A stretch of DNA of 64,000 nucleotides, from NCBI GenBank assembly GCA_001785865.1, contig MFUZ01000006.1, positions 176,880 to 240,879 of the forward strand, in the 5' to 3' direction. The notes under the pieces were generated by a model. That model was not told the DNA's origin. It saw only the letters and a list, made by a program, of their open reading frames with translations, and did no database searches. The position numbers were made by a program, and so were the translations under genes. Positions 1-8,823 of the stretch are shown here, piece after piece. Position 1 is the first letter of the stretch. Each line of letters starts with the position of its first letter. This DNA comes from Candidatus Nomurabacteria bacterium RIFCSPLOWO2_01_FULL_41_18. Lineage in GTDB: Bacteria; Patescibacteriota; Minisyncoccia; Phycocordibacterales; UBA9973.

Positions 1-586
1 CTTTCTTATATTCATTGATTTGTTTCTGAGCATGAGAAAAACTGCTAGTGTCTTCAATGTTGGCAAAGTGCGCATAGATCCCAGAAACTTTTATATTGTT
101 GCATTTTTTTATTTCTGAAAATAAACTCGGCAACTCACTCCATAAAAACCCTTCACGTCCAAGATACGCATCTATGGGAATATGAATCTCTTGTATTTTG
201 TTTAATTTTTTAGATACTTTATTTAATTCTTTTAATTGCCCTAATGAGAAAACAGTCAAAATGCAACCTAATTTTATTGCTCTAGATAAATCTGAATTTT
301 CCACGTATCCTAAAACCAAAGTTTTCTTTTTGCTTACTTTTTGTAAAAGTTCTAATTCTTCCACACTATTTAATTGAAAATAGTTTACATGTGGCTCCAA
401 AATTTTAGCAATTTCATTTTGCCCATGCCCGTAAGCGTTCCCCTTTATAGCCACAGAAAGTTTAGTCCCCCCGCCACGGCGGGCAGGCTTTTTTACTAAA
501 TTCCTAAACTGTTTGATGTTGCGAATCAAATTATTTTTAGAAAGTTCTATGTACGATAGAGGCAGCTTTTTTTTAATATCTTGCAT
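1..586 (-). CDS. alr: Alanine racemase, N-terminal ~195 aa (partial; continues beyond the window start)
   Basis: The reverse-strand ORF starts at ATG 586 and is not in the ORF track because it runs off the edge. Its translation MQDIKKKLPLSYIELSKNNLIRNIKQFRNLVKKPARRGGGTKLSVAIKGNAYGHG... contains the PLP-lysine motif (V/I)K(A/G)NAYGHG. It lies directly downstream of ddl. Confidence 0.7.
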   Translation of the reverse strand, partial: MQDIKKKLPLSYIELSKNNLIRNIKQFRNLVKKPARRGGGTKLSVAIKGNAYGHGQNEIAKILEPHVNYFQLNSVEELELLQKVSKKKTLVLGYVENSDLSRAIKLGCILTVFSLGQLKELNKVSKKLNKIQEIHIPIDAYLGREGFLWSELPSLFSEIKKCNNIKVSGIYAHFANIEDTSSFSHAQKQINEYKK

Positions 587-2930
587 TTTTAATAATTTTT
601 TCTAATAAATCTAATGGGAAAATTTTAGGACTTTCTGCTAGTGCTTGATGGTAAAGGACAGTCGAAGGAGTAAGAGCTGGTAGAGTATTAACCTCGATAA
701 TTATAAGAGCACCAGTTGTTGTATTCATAAAGGCGTCTATTCGTGCATATCCTTGAATTCCAATTTTGATAGCTAATTCTTCTGCTAAAACACAAGTTTT
801 GGAAACAATTTTAGGTTTTATAATTTCAATCGGTGGAGGGGTAATGTTTATACCCGTGCCACCCTGAAATTTTTCTTCTACGGAAAGTACTTCGCCTTCG
901 GCCACAGTCAAACTAGGATTAAAAGCGTGTAATTTATTATTTTCTTCTAAAATTCCAATAGTAACTTCCGCCCAGCCGTCTTTCCTTGTATATTTTAATT
1001 TATTTCCTTTGAAATGTATAATATCTGTTCTAACAAATTTCTCAAATAAAATTTCCTTTATCGCATGATTTGGCATTTCGATGATACTTTTCTGATTAGA
1101 TAAAGTCCCTGTAGGAATGAGGCTTTCATTTTTAAATAAATATTCTAAATAATTCTTTAAGTCAATTTCACTGTATAAATGAGCCACCCCAGTCGAACAT
1201 CCATCATCTTTGGGCTTTACTATCACAGTCTTTGAATCAAGTTCTGATTGGAGCAGATGCCAAAATTCTTTTATTCTGTCTATTTCTATGTCTTTCAAAA
1301 ATACAACTTTCTGTGAAGCAGTGCCTACTCCATTTATCCGTAAATTTCTTATAAATTCCCCTGTCGTAAATTTATCCATACAAAGACGGGAGGTTTTTTC
1401 ATCTGATCCGTTAAATTTTATCTCCTTATCTTGTAACGATTTTTGAAAATTACCATTCTCGCCATCCCCTCCATGTAATCCTAAAAATACAAACGGGGAC
1501 TTGTTTATAAAATCTTCAAAAGATATTTTTCTGGGCATAAAAAATGGTTCAGTTGCTTCTTCGTTTGAAATTAAAAGTTCATTTTTTACTTTTTCTATTA
1601 TATTCTCTGCATTTTTTTGGGTTACTTCAGCATTTTTAGCGTTAGTAATTATTTCTTCTACCGTATGGTTCAAGATCAGAGTGTATGGTAATTCCCACAC
1701 ATTGTTTTCAAAATCGAGCAAATACGGTTTCGGTTTATATATACTAGATTTACGCAATTTGAGCCATACATTAGTTCCACTCATGAGAGACACTTGTCTT
1801 TCCGATGTTTTTCCTCCAAAAATTACAGACACTTGTTTCTTTTCTCCTTCTTTTTGTTTTAAAGATTCTGAAAAATTTATTTTTTGTCTATTACAAGAGT
1901 TTTTAACGACATAACGTAATAAATCGCTATGACTCATGCCGATCCTTGAAGATTGTTGAAAAAGAAAACTATTTTGTTCCATACCTGACAAAGGATTAAA
2001 GTCAGAAAACCAAATTTCACCATTTTTAAGCAACCAACCATCGAAACGAGTAAAATCTTTCATGTCAAAAAGAGAAAACAGTTGCTTGGCTTGTGTTTGT
2101 ATTTTTTCAATTACTTCATTTGGGAACCTTGCTGGACAATGATATTTTACTTGGTTGGTTGGTAAATACTTTTTTCGGAAATCAAAAATCCTGCCTTCGT
2201 GATAAGCCATCTCTATTTCAGAAGGAACCAAGGCAACTGGCATACCGAGCTTGTTTTGTAATATTATGATTGTGAATTCCGTACCTTCTGCAAAAGGTTC
2301 TAGCACCACTCGAGTATCAATTCTTTTAGAGAAAAGAAGATTCACTTTTTCTACAGCTTCTTCCGGAGTATTCACAGAAAAAACTCCAATACTTGAACCA
2401 CTTGCTGCTGGTTTTACAATTGCACGTTTTACGTTATTTTTTATAAAAAACTCCTTGATTATTTTTTCGTTATCTTTAGAATATATTTTTAATAGAACAG
2501 AAGGAAGCGTAAAGAAACCTTTTTCTCGAAGAGTTTTATTTGCCTCATATTTATCGAAGGCCATTTTGCAAGCCTTACTGCTTGATCCAATAAAAGGAAT
2601 TTTATTTTTTTCTAAAAATGTTTGAATTTGTCCATCTTCACCAAATGCACCATGCATCGCAGAAAAAGTTATATCAACTGACTTTAAAAACTTCGCCAAA
2701 GATTTTTGACTTAAGGGTGAAGAATTTTTTGCTAATTTAAAATCAAAATCAGAAGGGTTATTAGAATAAAGATCAGAACAAGAAATTTTGTAAGCTCTTT
2801 TTTTTTGATCAAAATAAATTGGAACGATTTCAATATTTTCACTCGATAGATGATCGAGAACAGACCTAGCGGAATTTAATGATATTCCGCGTTCCAAAGA
2901 CGGACCGCCTGTAAGAAGTGCTATTTTCAT
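573..2930 (-). CDS. ddl: Tandem D-alanine--D-alanine ligase (two complete Ddl/ATP-grasp modules fused, 785 aa)
   Basis: The N-terminal half (MKIALLTGGPSLERGISLNSARSV...IVKPAASGSSIGV) and the C-terminal half (KQVSVIFGGKTSERQVSLMSG...IVKPKDDGCSTGVA...EVNTLPALTPSTV) each carry the Ddl signatures. Confidence 0.8.
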   Translation of the reverse strand: MKIALLTGGPSLERGISLNSARSVLDHLSSENIEIVPIYFDQKKRAYKISCSDLYSNNPSDFDFKLAKNSSPLSQKSLAKFLKSVDITFSAMHGAFGEDGQIQTFLEKNKIPFIGSSSKACKMAFDKYEANKTLREKGFFTLPSVLLKIYSKDNEKIIKEFFIKNNVKRAIVKPAASGSSIGVFSVNTPEEAVEKVNLLFSKRIDTRVVLEPFAEGTEFTIIILQNKLGMPVALVPSEIEMAYHEGRIFDFRKKYLPTNQVKYHCPARFPNEVIEKIQTQAKQLFSLFDMKDFTRFDGWLLKNGEIWFSDFNPLSGMEQNSFLFQQSSRIGMSHSDLLRYVVKNSCNRQKINFSESLKQKEGEKKQVSVIFGGKTSERQVSLMSGTNVWLKLRKSSIYKPKPYLLDFENNVWELPYTLILNHTVEEIITNAKNAEVTQKNAENIIEKVKNELLISNEEATEPFFMPRKISFEDFINKSPFVFLGLHGGDGENGNFQKSLQDKEIKFNGSDEKTSRLCMDKFTTGEFIRNLRINGVGTASQKVVFLKDIEIDRIKEFWHLLQSELDSKTVIVKPKDDGCSTGVAHLYSEIDLKNYLEYLFKNESLIPTGTLSNQKSIIEMPNHAIKEILFEKFVRTDIIHFKGNKLKYTRKDGWAEVTIGILEENNKLHAFNPSLTVAEGEVLSVEEKFQGGTGINITPPPIEIIKPKIVSKTCVLAEELAIKIGIQGYARIDAFMNTTTGALIIIEVNTLPALTPSTVLYHQALAESPKIFPLDLLEKIIKNARY

Positions 2931-2963
2931 ATTTTTTTGCAGAAAATGACCTTAAATCTGCCT

Positions 2964-3707
2964 TTACAGTATAGCACTATTTAGATTTTTAGGGAAGTTA
3001 GTTAAATTCTTATAACCATTTTTTGTTATCAACACCATATCCTCTATTCTTACCCCACCGAAACCTTTCAGGTATATTCCCGGCTCTATAGTCATCACAC
3101 ACCCCACAGGAATAATGTCTTCACTCTTTGGTTTAAAATTTGGCCACTCGTGAATGACAGTGCCGACTCCATGCCCAAGTCCATGTTTAAAATTATTTTT
3201 AAATTTCTTCGCCAAAAAACTTCTAGCAACTCTATCTACTACTTTTGCTTTCTTTTCCCCCTTACTCAACTTCGCTAAAGCACGATTCTGGGCTTCGAGA
3301 ACTACTTGATAAACTTTTTTCTGCTTAGCAGTAGGTTTGCCCCAAAAATAAGTGCGAGTCATGTCTGAACAATAATGATTTATTGTGCATCCAAAATCAA
3401 ACATGATTATATCCGCCCCGCCACGGCGGGTAAACTTTTTTAATTTAGTTTTTCCCGGATTGTGGTGAATATTCGCAGTATTTTTACCAAAAGAAACTAT
3501 TGGTGGAAAGGACAACACATTTACGCCATGGCGTAAATGTGTTTTTTTAATAAAATTTGCAATTTCAAGCTCTGTCACTCCATCCCGTAATTTTTCTATA
3601 GTCTTTTGCAAAACCTTCTCGCTTATCCTCTGCGCTTTTACAATATTTGCCAACTCTTTTTTACTTTTTACCGCCCGTACTTCGTGAATGAGTTTTGTTT
3701 TTTTCAT
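2964..3707 (-). CDS. map: Methionine aminopeptidase type I
   Basis: Metal-ligand motifs DFGCTINHYCSDMTRT, HGLGHGVG, TIEPGIY and RIEDMVLIT. It contains an in-frame GC-rich insertion coding FTRRGG. Confidence 0.9.
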   Translation of the reverse strand: MKKTKLIHEVRAVKSKKELANIVKAQRISEKVLQKTIEKLRDGVTELEIANFIKKTHLRHGVNVLSFPPIVSFGKNTANIHHNPGKTKLKKFTRRGGADIIMFDFGCTINHYCSDMTRTYFWGKPTAKQKKVYQVVLEAQNRALAKLSKGEKKAKVVDRVARSFLAKKFKNNFKHGLGHGVGTVIHEWPNFKPKSEDIIPVGCVMTIEPGIYLKGFGGVRIEDMVLITKNGYKNLTNFPKNLNSAIL

Positions 3708-3790
3708 GGTTCGATTTTGCTCACCATGACCCTGAGAATTTATTCGAATGGGTCATAATTAACTATCCGCATATTCGCGCGAATTAGAGA
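3704..3790 (-). promoter_or_regulatory. Conserved leader element with the start codon embedded in a hairpin (copy 1 of 3), plus an upstream ATTCGCGCGAAT palindrome
   Basis: The minus-sense sequence reads ATGACCCATTCGAAtaaattCTCAGGGTCATGGTGAGcaAAAtCGAACCATG, where the final ATG is the map start codon. The arms ATGACCC/GGGTCAT and CATGGT/ACCATG are self-complementary. Almost the same string lies upstream of the CDSs at 56892 and 57451. Confidence 0.5.
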
Positions 3791-3792
3791 TA

Positions 3793-4908
3793 TCAAAAGA
3801 ATTTAACTATGTCATTAAAGGTCACGAGAACCATAAGCAATATCAGGATGCCGAAGCCGATCATATTGGCTGTATTGGCAACTTTCGGATTGATTCGCGA
3901 ACCCTTTATTTTTTCGATTAACAAGAAGAATAGCCGCCCGCCGTCTAGTGCTGGAAATGGCACCAGGTTGATCACCGCTAGGCTTACAGAGATGAGTGCA
4001 GCAAAAGACAATAAATACCCCACTCCTACGTCAAATACGACTCCAGTGACCTTGGCGAGCCCTACAGGGCCTATCACCGATTCGCGTATGGCCTTTGATT
4101 CCGGACCGCCAAAAACAAGCTTTTTGAGCCCTACAATCGTATCTCGAGAGGTAAGCAAGGTGGTTTGCAGGCCATAATTGATTGACTCAAAAAAATTGAA
4201 TTTTCCAGAGATTAAGGTATAAGGCATGATGCCGATCAAAGCTCGCCCGACTTCATCATTAGCTTCTGGAATCAGATCTACTGATTTTTCTTCGCCACTC
4301 CGCAGATAAGATATACGAATCGTTTCTCCTGGCTTGTCGGTAAAAGCGATGAATTCATCCAAGGTCGGCGTTTCCATTTTTTCATTATTTGTCTCTATAG
4401 CAGTCAAGATGTCTCCCGCTTCCAGTCCCGCTTTTTCCGCCGGACTTTTTGACGCCACTCCGAGCACTACTATCTTTTCTGTCATCTGCTCAAGGGCGCC
4501 TTTAGGAATACTGTCAGTCGCAAGCGGAGAACCAATAAAAAGCGTGCTCGCAAACAAGAGCCACGCCAAAAGGAAATTCATAAAGACTCCAGCAAACAAC
4601 ACTATCGCCTGTTTCCATTTCGCTTTATTGTAAAATTTTCTGTCTTCATCTGGGCCATTAGTATTTCTTGCTCCGTCCTTGGCAGGGTCATCATTTGGAT
4701 TCTCACCAAATATTTTAACAAATCCGCCTATGGGCAGGAGGTTTAGACTATATTCAGTTTCTCCAAATTTCTTGCCGAATATTTTAGGTGGGAAACCAAA
4801 ACCAAATTCATCCACGCGGATGCCGAACTTCTTCGCAGTAAAAAAATGTCCGAACTCGTGGACTAGGACCAGCACTAGTAGAATAATTATGAATATAATA
4901 ATTGACAT
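3793..4908 (-). CDS. rseP: RIP zinc metalloprotease (site-2 protease) with PDZ domain
   Basis: HEFGHFF zinc motif in TM1, an internal PDZ-like segment, and C-terminal TM helices. Confidence 0.8.
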   Translation of the reverse strand: MSIIIFIIILLVLVLVHEFGHFFTAKKFGIRVDEFGFGFPPKIFGKKFGETEYSLNLLPIGGFVKIFGENPNDDPAKDGARNTNGPDEDRKFYNKAKWKQAIVLFAGVFMNFLLAWLLFASTLFIGSPLATDSIPKGALEQMTEKIVVLGVASKSPAEKAGLEAGDILTAIETNNEKMETPTLDEFIAFTDKPGETIRISYLRSGEEKSVDLIPEANDEVGRALIGIMPYTLISGKFNFFESINYGLQTTLLTSRDTIVGLKKLVFGGPESKAIRESVIGPVGLAKVTGVVFDVGVGYLLSFAALISVSLAVINLVPFPALDGGRLFFLLIEKIKGSRINPKVANTANMIGFGILILLMVLVTFNDIVKFF

Positions 4909-4921
4909 GAATTTTTAGCAC

Positions 4922-5473
4922 CTAACCTAAGACTTCCTTCTGCTTTTTCTCGAAGCTTGCTTCCAGACTCTTATTCGCTTCGTCGATAATTTTTTGCAAC
5001 TCGTCTTTTGCTCGAAATTTATCATCATCTGTAAGTTTGCCTTCCTTGTGTTTCACTTCCACATCTTGCCAGACACGTTCTCGCTCACGACGCACCGTAA
5101 TCCTCTGCTCCTCTAATTTATCTTTCAAAACTTTTACGAGGTTTTGTCTTGTTTCTGTGGTTAGTTGTGGAAAAATAACTCTGATGCCCATGTCGTCAGT
5201 AGCTACTGACAATCCTAAATTTGAAGCATTTATAGCTTTCTCTATATCTTTAATTTGATTTTTATCAAAAGGAACAATGCGTATAGTTTTCGGATCTTCG
5301 ATAGATACAGAAGAAACATTCTTGAGTGGAACACGAGAACCATATGTTTCAACCGATACTCCATCCAAAACCATCGGCGAAGCCCGACCGATGTTTAATT
5401 GACTGTATTCCTTCCCCAAAAACTCCCCCACCTTTTTTATCTCTGTCTTAAAATTTGAAAAATTGTACTGCAT
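4922..5473 (-). CDS. frr: Ribosome recycling factor
   Basis: Full-length RRF-like sequence (183 aa) with the characteristic charged C-terminal helix. Confidence 0.9.
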   Translation of the reverse strand: MQYNFSNFKTEIKKVGEFLGKEYSQLNIGRASPMVLDGVSVETYGSRVPLKNVSSVSIEDPKTIRIVPFDKNQIKDIEKAINASNLGLSVATDDMGIRVIFPQLTTETRQNLVKVLKDKLEEQRITVRRERERVWQDVEVKHKEGKLTDDDKFRAKDELQKIIDEANKSLEASFEKKQKEVLG

Positions 5474-5526
5474 AACTTGATTATATCATACTTTTTAATT
5501 TAATAAATGTGCATAAAAAGAGAAAC

Positions 5527-5570
5527 CCGCCAAACGAACGGAGGGTTTCCTGTTCGGGCGGGTCGAATGA
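5527..5570 (-). terminator. GC-rich hairpin (CCCGCC...GGCGGG family) followed by a U-run on the minus strand
   Basis: aacccgccaaacgaacggagggtttcctgttcgggcggg. The minus-sense transcript ends ...hairpin-tttctcttttt. Confidence 0.5.
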
Positions 5571-5574
5571 ATTT

Positions 5575-6090
5575 TCAACTATGTGCTTTTTTTTGAAGCC
5601 TGTCAGCCTCGAAGCAATCTACCAACTGTTCAGCGCCACAGACAAGCACTCGAGCGTTCACTTGCGCAAGTTCCTCGTAAGGCCACCAGAAGCCCAGCCC
5701 ATCCTCTGAAGGACAAAAACAAATCTTTTTTTTGTCCTTTGAAACCTTGCTTGTAAATGCGACGAATCCCATTGACCAATCTCCGTAGCGTGGTACAACG
5801 TAATCAACGCCCCCAACAATTTGCGCCACTCCTGTTTTGGTTTTTGGTTGATGAAAGCTGCACAAGAAATTTGGGAAATAGATTCGCAGATGTCTGAGTG
5901 GGTTGTCGCCAAACTCGAAACATTTGTCAATATAACCCCAGATGTCTTCGAGAACTTGGCTCAGGGTATCGTCAAATTGTTTATCAACAGGATCGAAATC
6001 CTGAAAGGGATCGCCTGAGTAGTTAAGAACCTTGTTCCTTATCGGATACAAGTAATGGTCTTTTGCTTTTTTCATTTTTGGATTCTCCAA
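5575..6090 (-). CDS. Hypothetical protein, GC-rich relative to its neighbours (likely true start MKKAKDHY at about 6075)
   Basis: ORF with no recognisable motif. Its local GC is clearly higher than the flanking genes. It is driven by a consensus TTGACT-17-TATACT promoter. Confidence 0.45.
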   Translation of the reverse strand: MENPKMKKAKDHYLYPIRNKVLNYSGDPFQDFDPVDKQFDDTLSQVLEDIWGYIDKCFEFGDNPLRHLRIYFPNFLCSFHQPKTKTGVAQIVGGVDYVVPRYGDWSMGFVAFTSKVSKDKKKICFCPSEDGLGFWWPYEELAQVNARVLVCGAEQLVDCFEADRLQKKAHS

Positions 6091-6173
6091 AAGTCTCGCG
6101 GACTATCTCACACTTAGGAACATTCCTGTTGAAGCTTTGGTGACAAGCTTATGTTAAAGGACACTACACTTTA

Positions 6174-6202
6174 AGTATAGCATATCTACACCCAAAAGTC
6201 AA
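6174..6202 (-). promoter_or_regulatory. Sigma70 consensus promoter TTGACT-N17-TATACT (minus strand)
   Basis: rc of 6174-6202 = TTGACTtttgggtgtagatatgcTATACT. It is near-identical to the promoter at 60760-60788. Confidence 0.6.
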
Positions 6203-6224
6203 GCTTTTTTGCGGTATATTCAGT

Positions 6225-7925
6225 CTAGTAAACCTCCAACTGATAGCACTTCTCGCAATAAATTATTTTTGATTTATCTGGTGCATAACTTGTTTCAAAA
6301 GAAACCTCACACTTATTTTTATGATCATGATTTTCTTTATCACACATACAAGTTCTAGTCCAAAGTTTATTTGGCCCTCTATTTTGAAAACGTCTTATAT
6401 GCCGGCACTCTGGGCAATTTCTCGGAATCGGTATTTGCATTCTTTTATAAAAACCAAGTTCATCTTCTATAATTCTATAATTCTTTTTGCATTCTAAACA
6501 CACAAAAACTTCTTTACCCACATCAAAATCAGAAGGCAATTCTGAAATAGAATCTGGAAAAGTTTTCCAATCAACAGTTTCTTTTCCATAAGTTCCCCTC
6601 GGGGTATCTTCCCATTTGAAACCTTGCTTTAATGCTTCTTCTTTCGTAAGCGGAAATTCATCCATAACAGATGATTCATTGTAACCAAATGGAGAAAGCT
6701 CTTTTGGAAAGAAATCTCCATAAATCCCTTCTTGTGTCATTTTTGCAATTATTTCTGCGCGTAATTTTTTATATTCTTCTTTACTGTATTGTTTATTTAA
6801 AATACAATAAGAACCTTTTATTAAACCAGCGCAACCGAAACAATCTTTGGAATTTGGACAATTTGCACAATATTCCATAAACTGCGAACCCCAACACATC
6901 GATCCACAAATTACATTCGAGGCTTGTAGTCCTGTATTGTGACTATTGTAAATAAGTTCAGCAGAACGACCTGCTGTATTACAATCCACGCAATCCTTAG
7001 CTCCACGCCACACATGCACAGAATAAGCATTATCTTCTGCTTCATATGAATGAAAACAGTGATGATTGTTTTTTACATTAATCATGTAATTGCCTGTGGA
7101 ATTAACTGCGTTTGTGATTTCGGCAAATTTTCTCGGCTGATCTTTTAGGAAATTTTTATATTCTTTTCTGAAGGCTTCCACCCCAGTGTAAGTATCTAAT
7201 TTAAAAGATTTTAATTTTTTCTCATATTCTTCTTTTGAATATTGTGTATTGAAAATATTATACTTCTGTCCTCGTAAATTTATACAACCCAGACAATTCG
7301 TACAATTTCTGCAATTAAGTAAGAAAAAACTCTCTAGACAGTTGTAACACCCCTTTGAGAAGCGCAAAGAATGCGAGTCATAACAATCATCAACTTCATA
7401 AGAAAGTTCAACTTTATTGGTAAAAGAACAATCAGCTAAATCTTTTGAAAGTTGTATCCAGTGGCAATTTATGCAGTTTTCGTTATTGGAAGATTCCGTA
7501 ATTACATAACAATTTTTGTTGTCAGCTGCAAAATTAAGATAACTTGAATTTACACTTCTTTCATGAATAAGTGAAAGTTTCGGAACTTTATTCCACAACT
7601 CATTAAACTGCTCAAAAAATGTTTTTTCTGAATCATAATTTTGAGCGTATTTTTTGGCGTCCAAATCATCACTCCACCAACAGTCATGACACCAGACAGG
7701 ATAAGTTTTATTGGGGCTAAATATAGAAATGTGATCTTTTTTACAGTTATCACATTTGTGCTTATAAAAAAATCTTTCATTTTTAAAACAAAGCCGGAGT
7801 TGCATTCGGCATTCTGGACAAAGTTTGGGTGGTAACACCTCCATTTTTTCATAAAACCCAAAATCATTCGGCTCAATAGTGAAATCTTTTTTACAGTTTT
7901 GGCAAATTTTTGTTTGTTGATTCAT
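6225..7925 (-). CDS. Cysteine-rich protein with N- and C-terminal CxxC...CPECR zinc ribbons and an internally duplicated CxxC-repeat core
   Basis: N-terminal ICQNCKKDFTIEPNDFGFYEKMEVLPPKLCPECR matches C-terminal VCLECKKNYRIIEDELGFYKRMQIPIPRNCPECR. The core has many [DNG]CxxC units, and its two halves both end in N.QYSKEEY.KKL. Confidence 0.6.
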   Translation of the reverse strand: MNQQTKICQNCKKDFTIEPNDFGFYEKMEVLPPKLCPECRMQLRLCFKNERFFYKHKCDNCKKDHISIFSPNKTYPVWCHDCWWSDDLDAKKYAQNYDSEKTFFEQFNELWNKVPKLSLIHERSVNSSYLNFAADNKNCYVITESSNNENCINCHWIQLSKDLADCSFTNKVELSYEVDDCYDSHSLRFSKGCYNCLESFFLLNCRNCTNCLGCINLRGQKYNIFNTQYSKEEYEKKLKSFKLDTYTGVEAFRKEYKNFLKDQPRKFAEITNAVNSTGNYMINVKNNHHCFHSYEAEDNAYSVHVWRGAKDCVDCNTAGRSAELIYNSHNTGLQASNVICGSMCWGSQFMEYCANCPNSKDCFGCAGLIKGSYCILNKQYSKEEYKKLRAEIIAKMTQEGIYGDFFPKELSPFGYNESSVMDEFPLTKEEALKQGFKWEDTPRGTYGKETVDWKTFPDSISELPSDFDVGKEVFVCLECKKNYRIIEDELGFYKRMQIPIPRNCPECRHIRRFQNRGPNKLWTRTCMCDKENHDHKNKCEVSFETSYAPDKSKIIYCEKCYQLEVY

Positions 7926-7931
7926 AAAACA

Positions 7932-8660
7932 TTATATTTTCTCCGGTATTACCAAAGCCACAGATTCCATCAAGGTCTTAGAGGAACTTCCGGGCATACG
8001 CAAGAATTCACGGACTTTAAAAATGTGCTCAAAAAATCTAGTATCAAAGGGCATCTTTGACATGAACTTATTATGCAAAATAAGTTCTAGCGCATTTAGA
8101 AATTTCAAAGCTTTTGAGCGAGTGGAATCTAAGGCAATAATTTCATTTCCCTCTTCGTCCTCTTCTTCTGATTCAGCTAATAATTCTTTTATAAAATCAA
8201 TTCTTTTTTGCAAAGGCATATTTATAAACTTCTCTACTTCTTTTGTGTCTTCTCCTAATTCCGTAAGGCCTTGCCTTGGGGAGATTACATAAAATCTAGA
8301 AACTAAAGTTTTTAGAAGAGAATTTGTATCTGGCACGACCAGAAAGAAATGTGTATTTTCTATAGGCTCTTCAAACATTTTTAGCAAGACATTCTGCGCA
8401 TCTAAAGAAAAACTATTAACACAAACAACGAAAATTTTTTTAGTAGAAGAGAAACCTTTGTTCGTTGACATCGCACGCAAATCAAACGCCTCATCTATTT
8501 TTAGGTTATCAATTGTGATGTGACAAAAATCAGGATTACCCGAAGTTTTAATACCTAAATCTTCACAAAATCGTAAAATCTCCGGCACAATTTTCTCTCG
8601 TCCTCCTTCTATTAAGTAAGCATGGTGTAAATTATTTTTATCTAAGTGTTTTGAAATCAT
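7932..8660 (-). CDS. holB: DNA polymerase III delta-prime subunit-like (clamp-loader AAA+ fold, no Walker A)
   Basis: HAYLIEG, NVLLKMFEEP (the NALLKTLEEP box) and a SRF-type sensor motif. Confidence 0.65.
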   Translation of the reverse strand: MISKHLDKNNLHHAYLIEGGREKIVPEILRFCEDLGIKTSGNPDFCHITIDNLKIDEAFDLRAMSTNKGFSSTKKIFVVCVNSFSLDAQNVLLKMFEEPIENTHFFLVVPDTNSLLKTLVSRFYVISPRQGLTELGEDTKEVEKFINMPLQKRIDFIKELLAESEEEDEEGNEIIALDSTRSKALKFLNALELILHNKFMSKMPFDTRFFEHIFKVREFLRMPGSSSKTLMESVALVIPEKI

Positions 8661-8677
8661 GTGAATATTTTTTAAAT

Positions 8678-8812
8678 TAATAGCTTCTCTCGAAAAGCAA
8701 TCTATCTGGCAAAGCTTTGCCAGCGAACTGCTCGTCGCTCAAGAAAATAATAATCGGAATACCTATTTTATTTTCTAAGCTTCTGCGCAAGGCTTTTCTT
8801 AAGAACTATTTA
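8678..8812 (-). repeat. Dispersed ~134-bp repeat, copy 1 (inverted relative to copy 2), with an internal 18-bp palindrome CTGGCAAAGCTTTGCCAG
   Basis: The reverse complement of 8678-8812 aligns to 12112-12250 with about 95% identity (roughly 6 mismatches in 134). It is intergenic, between holB and mreB. Confidence 0.75.
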
Positions 8813-8823
8813 ATTTAAAATAA

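Noticed and set aside
1210-2625. Plus-strand ORFs 1210-1446, 1501-1914 and 2251-2625 from the six-frame track
   Set aside because: They are embedded antisense in the well-supported tandem ddl CDS. Their proteins are low-complexity with no motifs. The same logic was applied to other antisense ORFs inside atpD, atpA, ftsZ, ftsI, obg, gatB, the ABC genes and so on.
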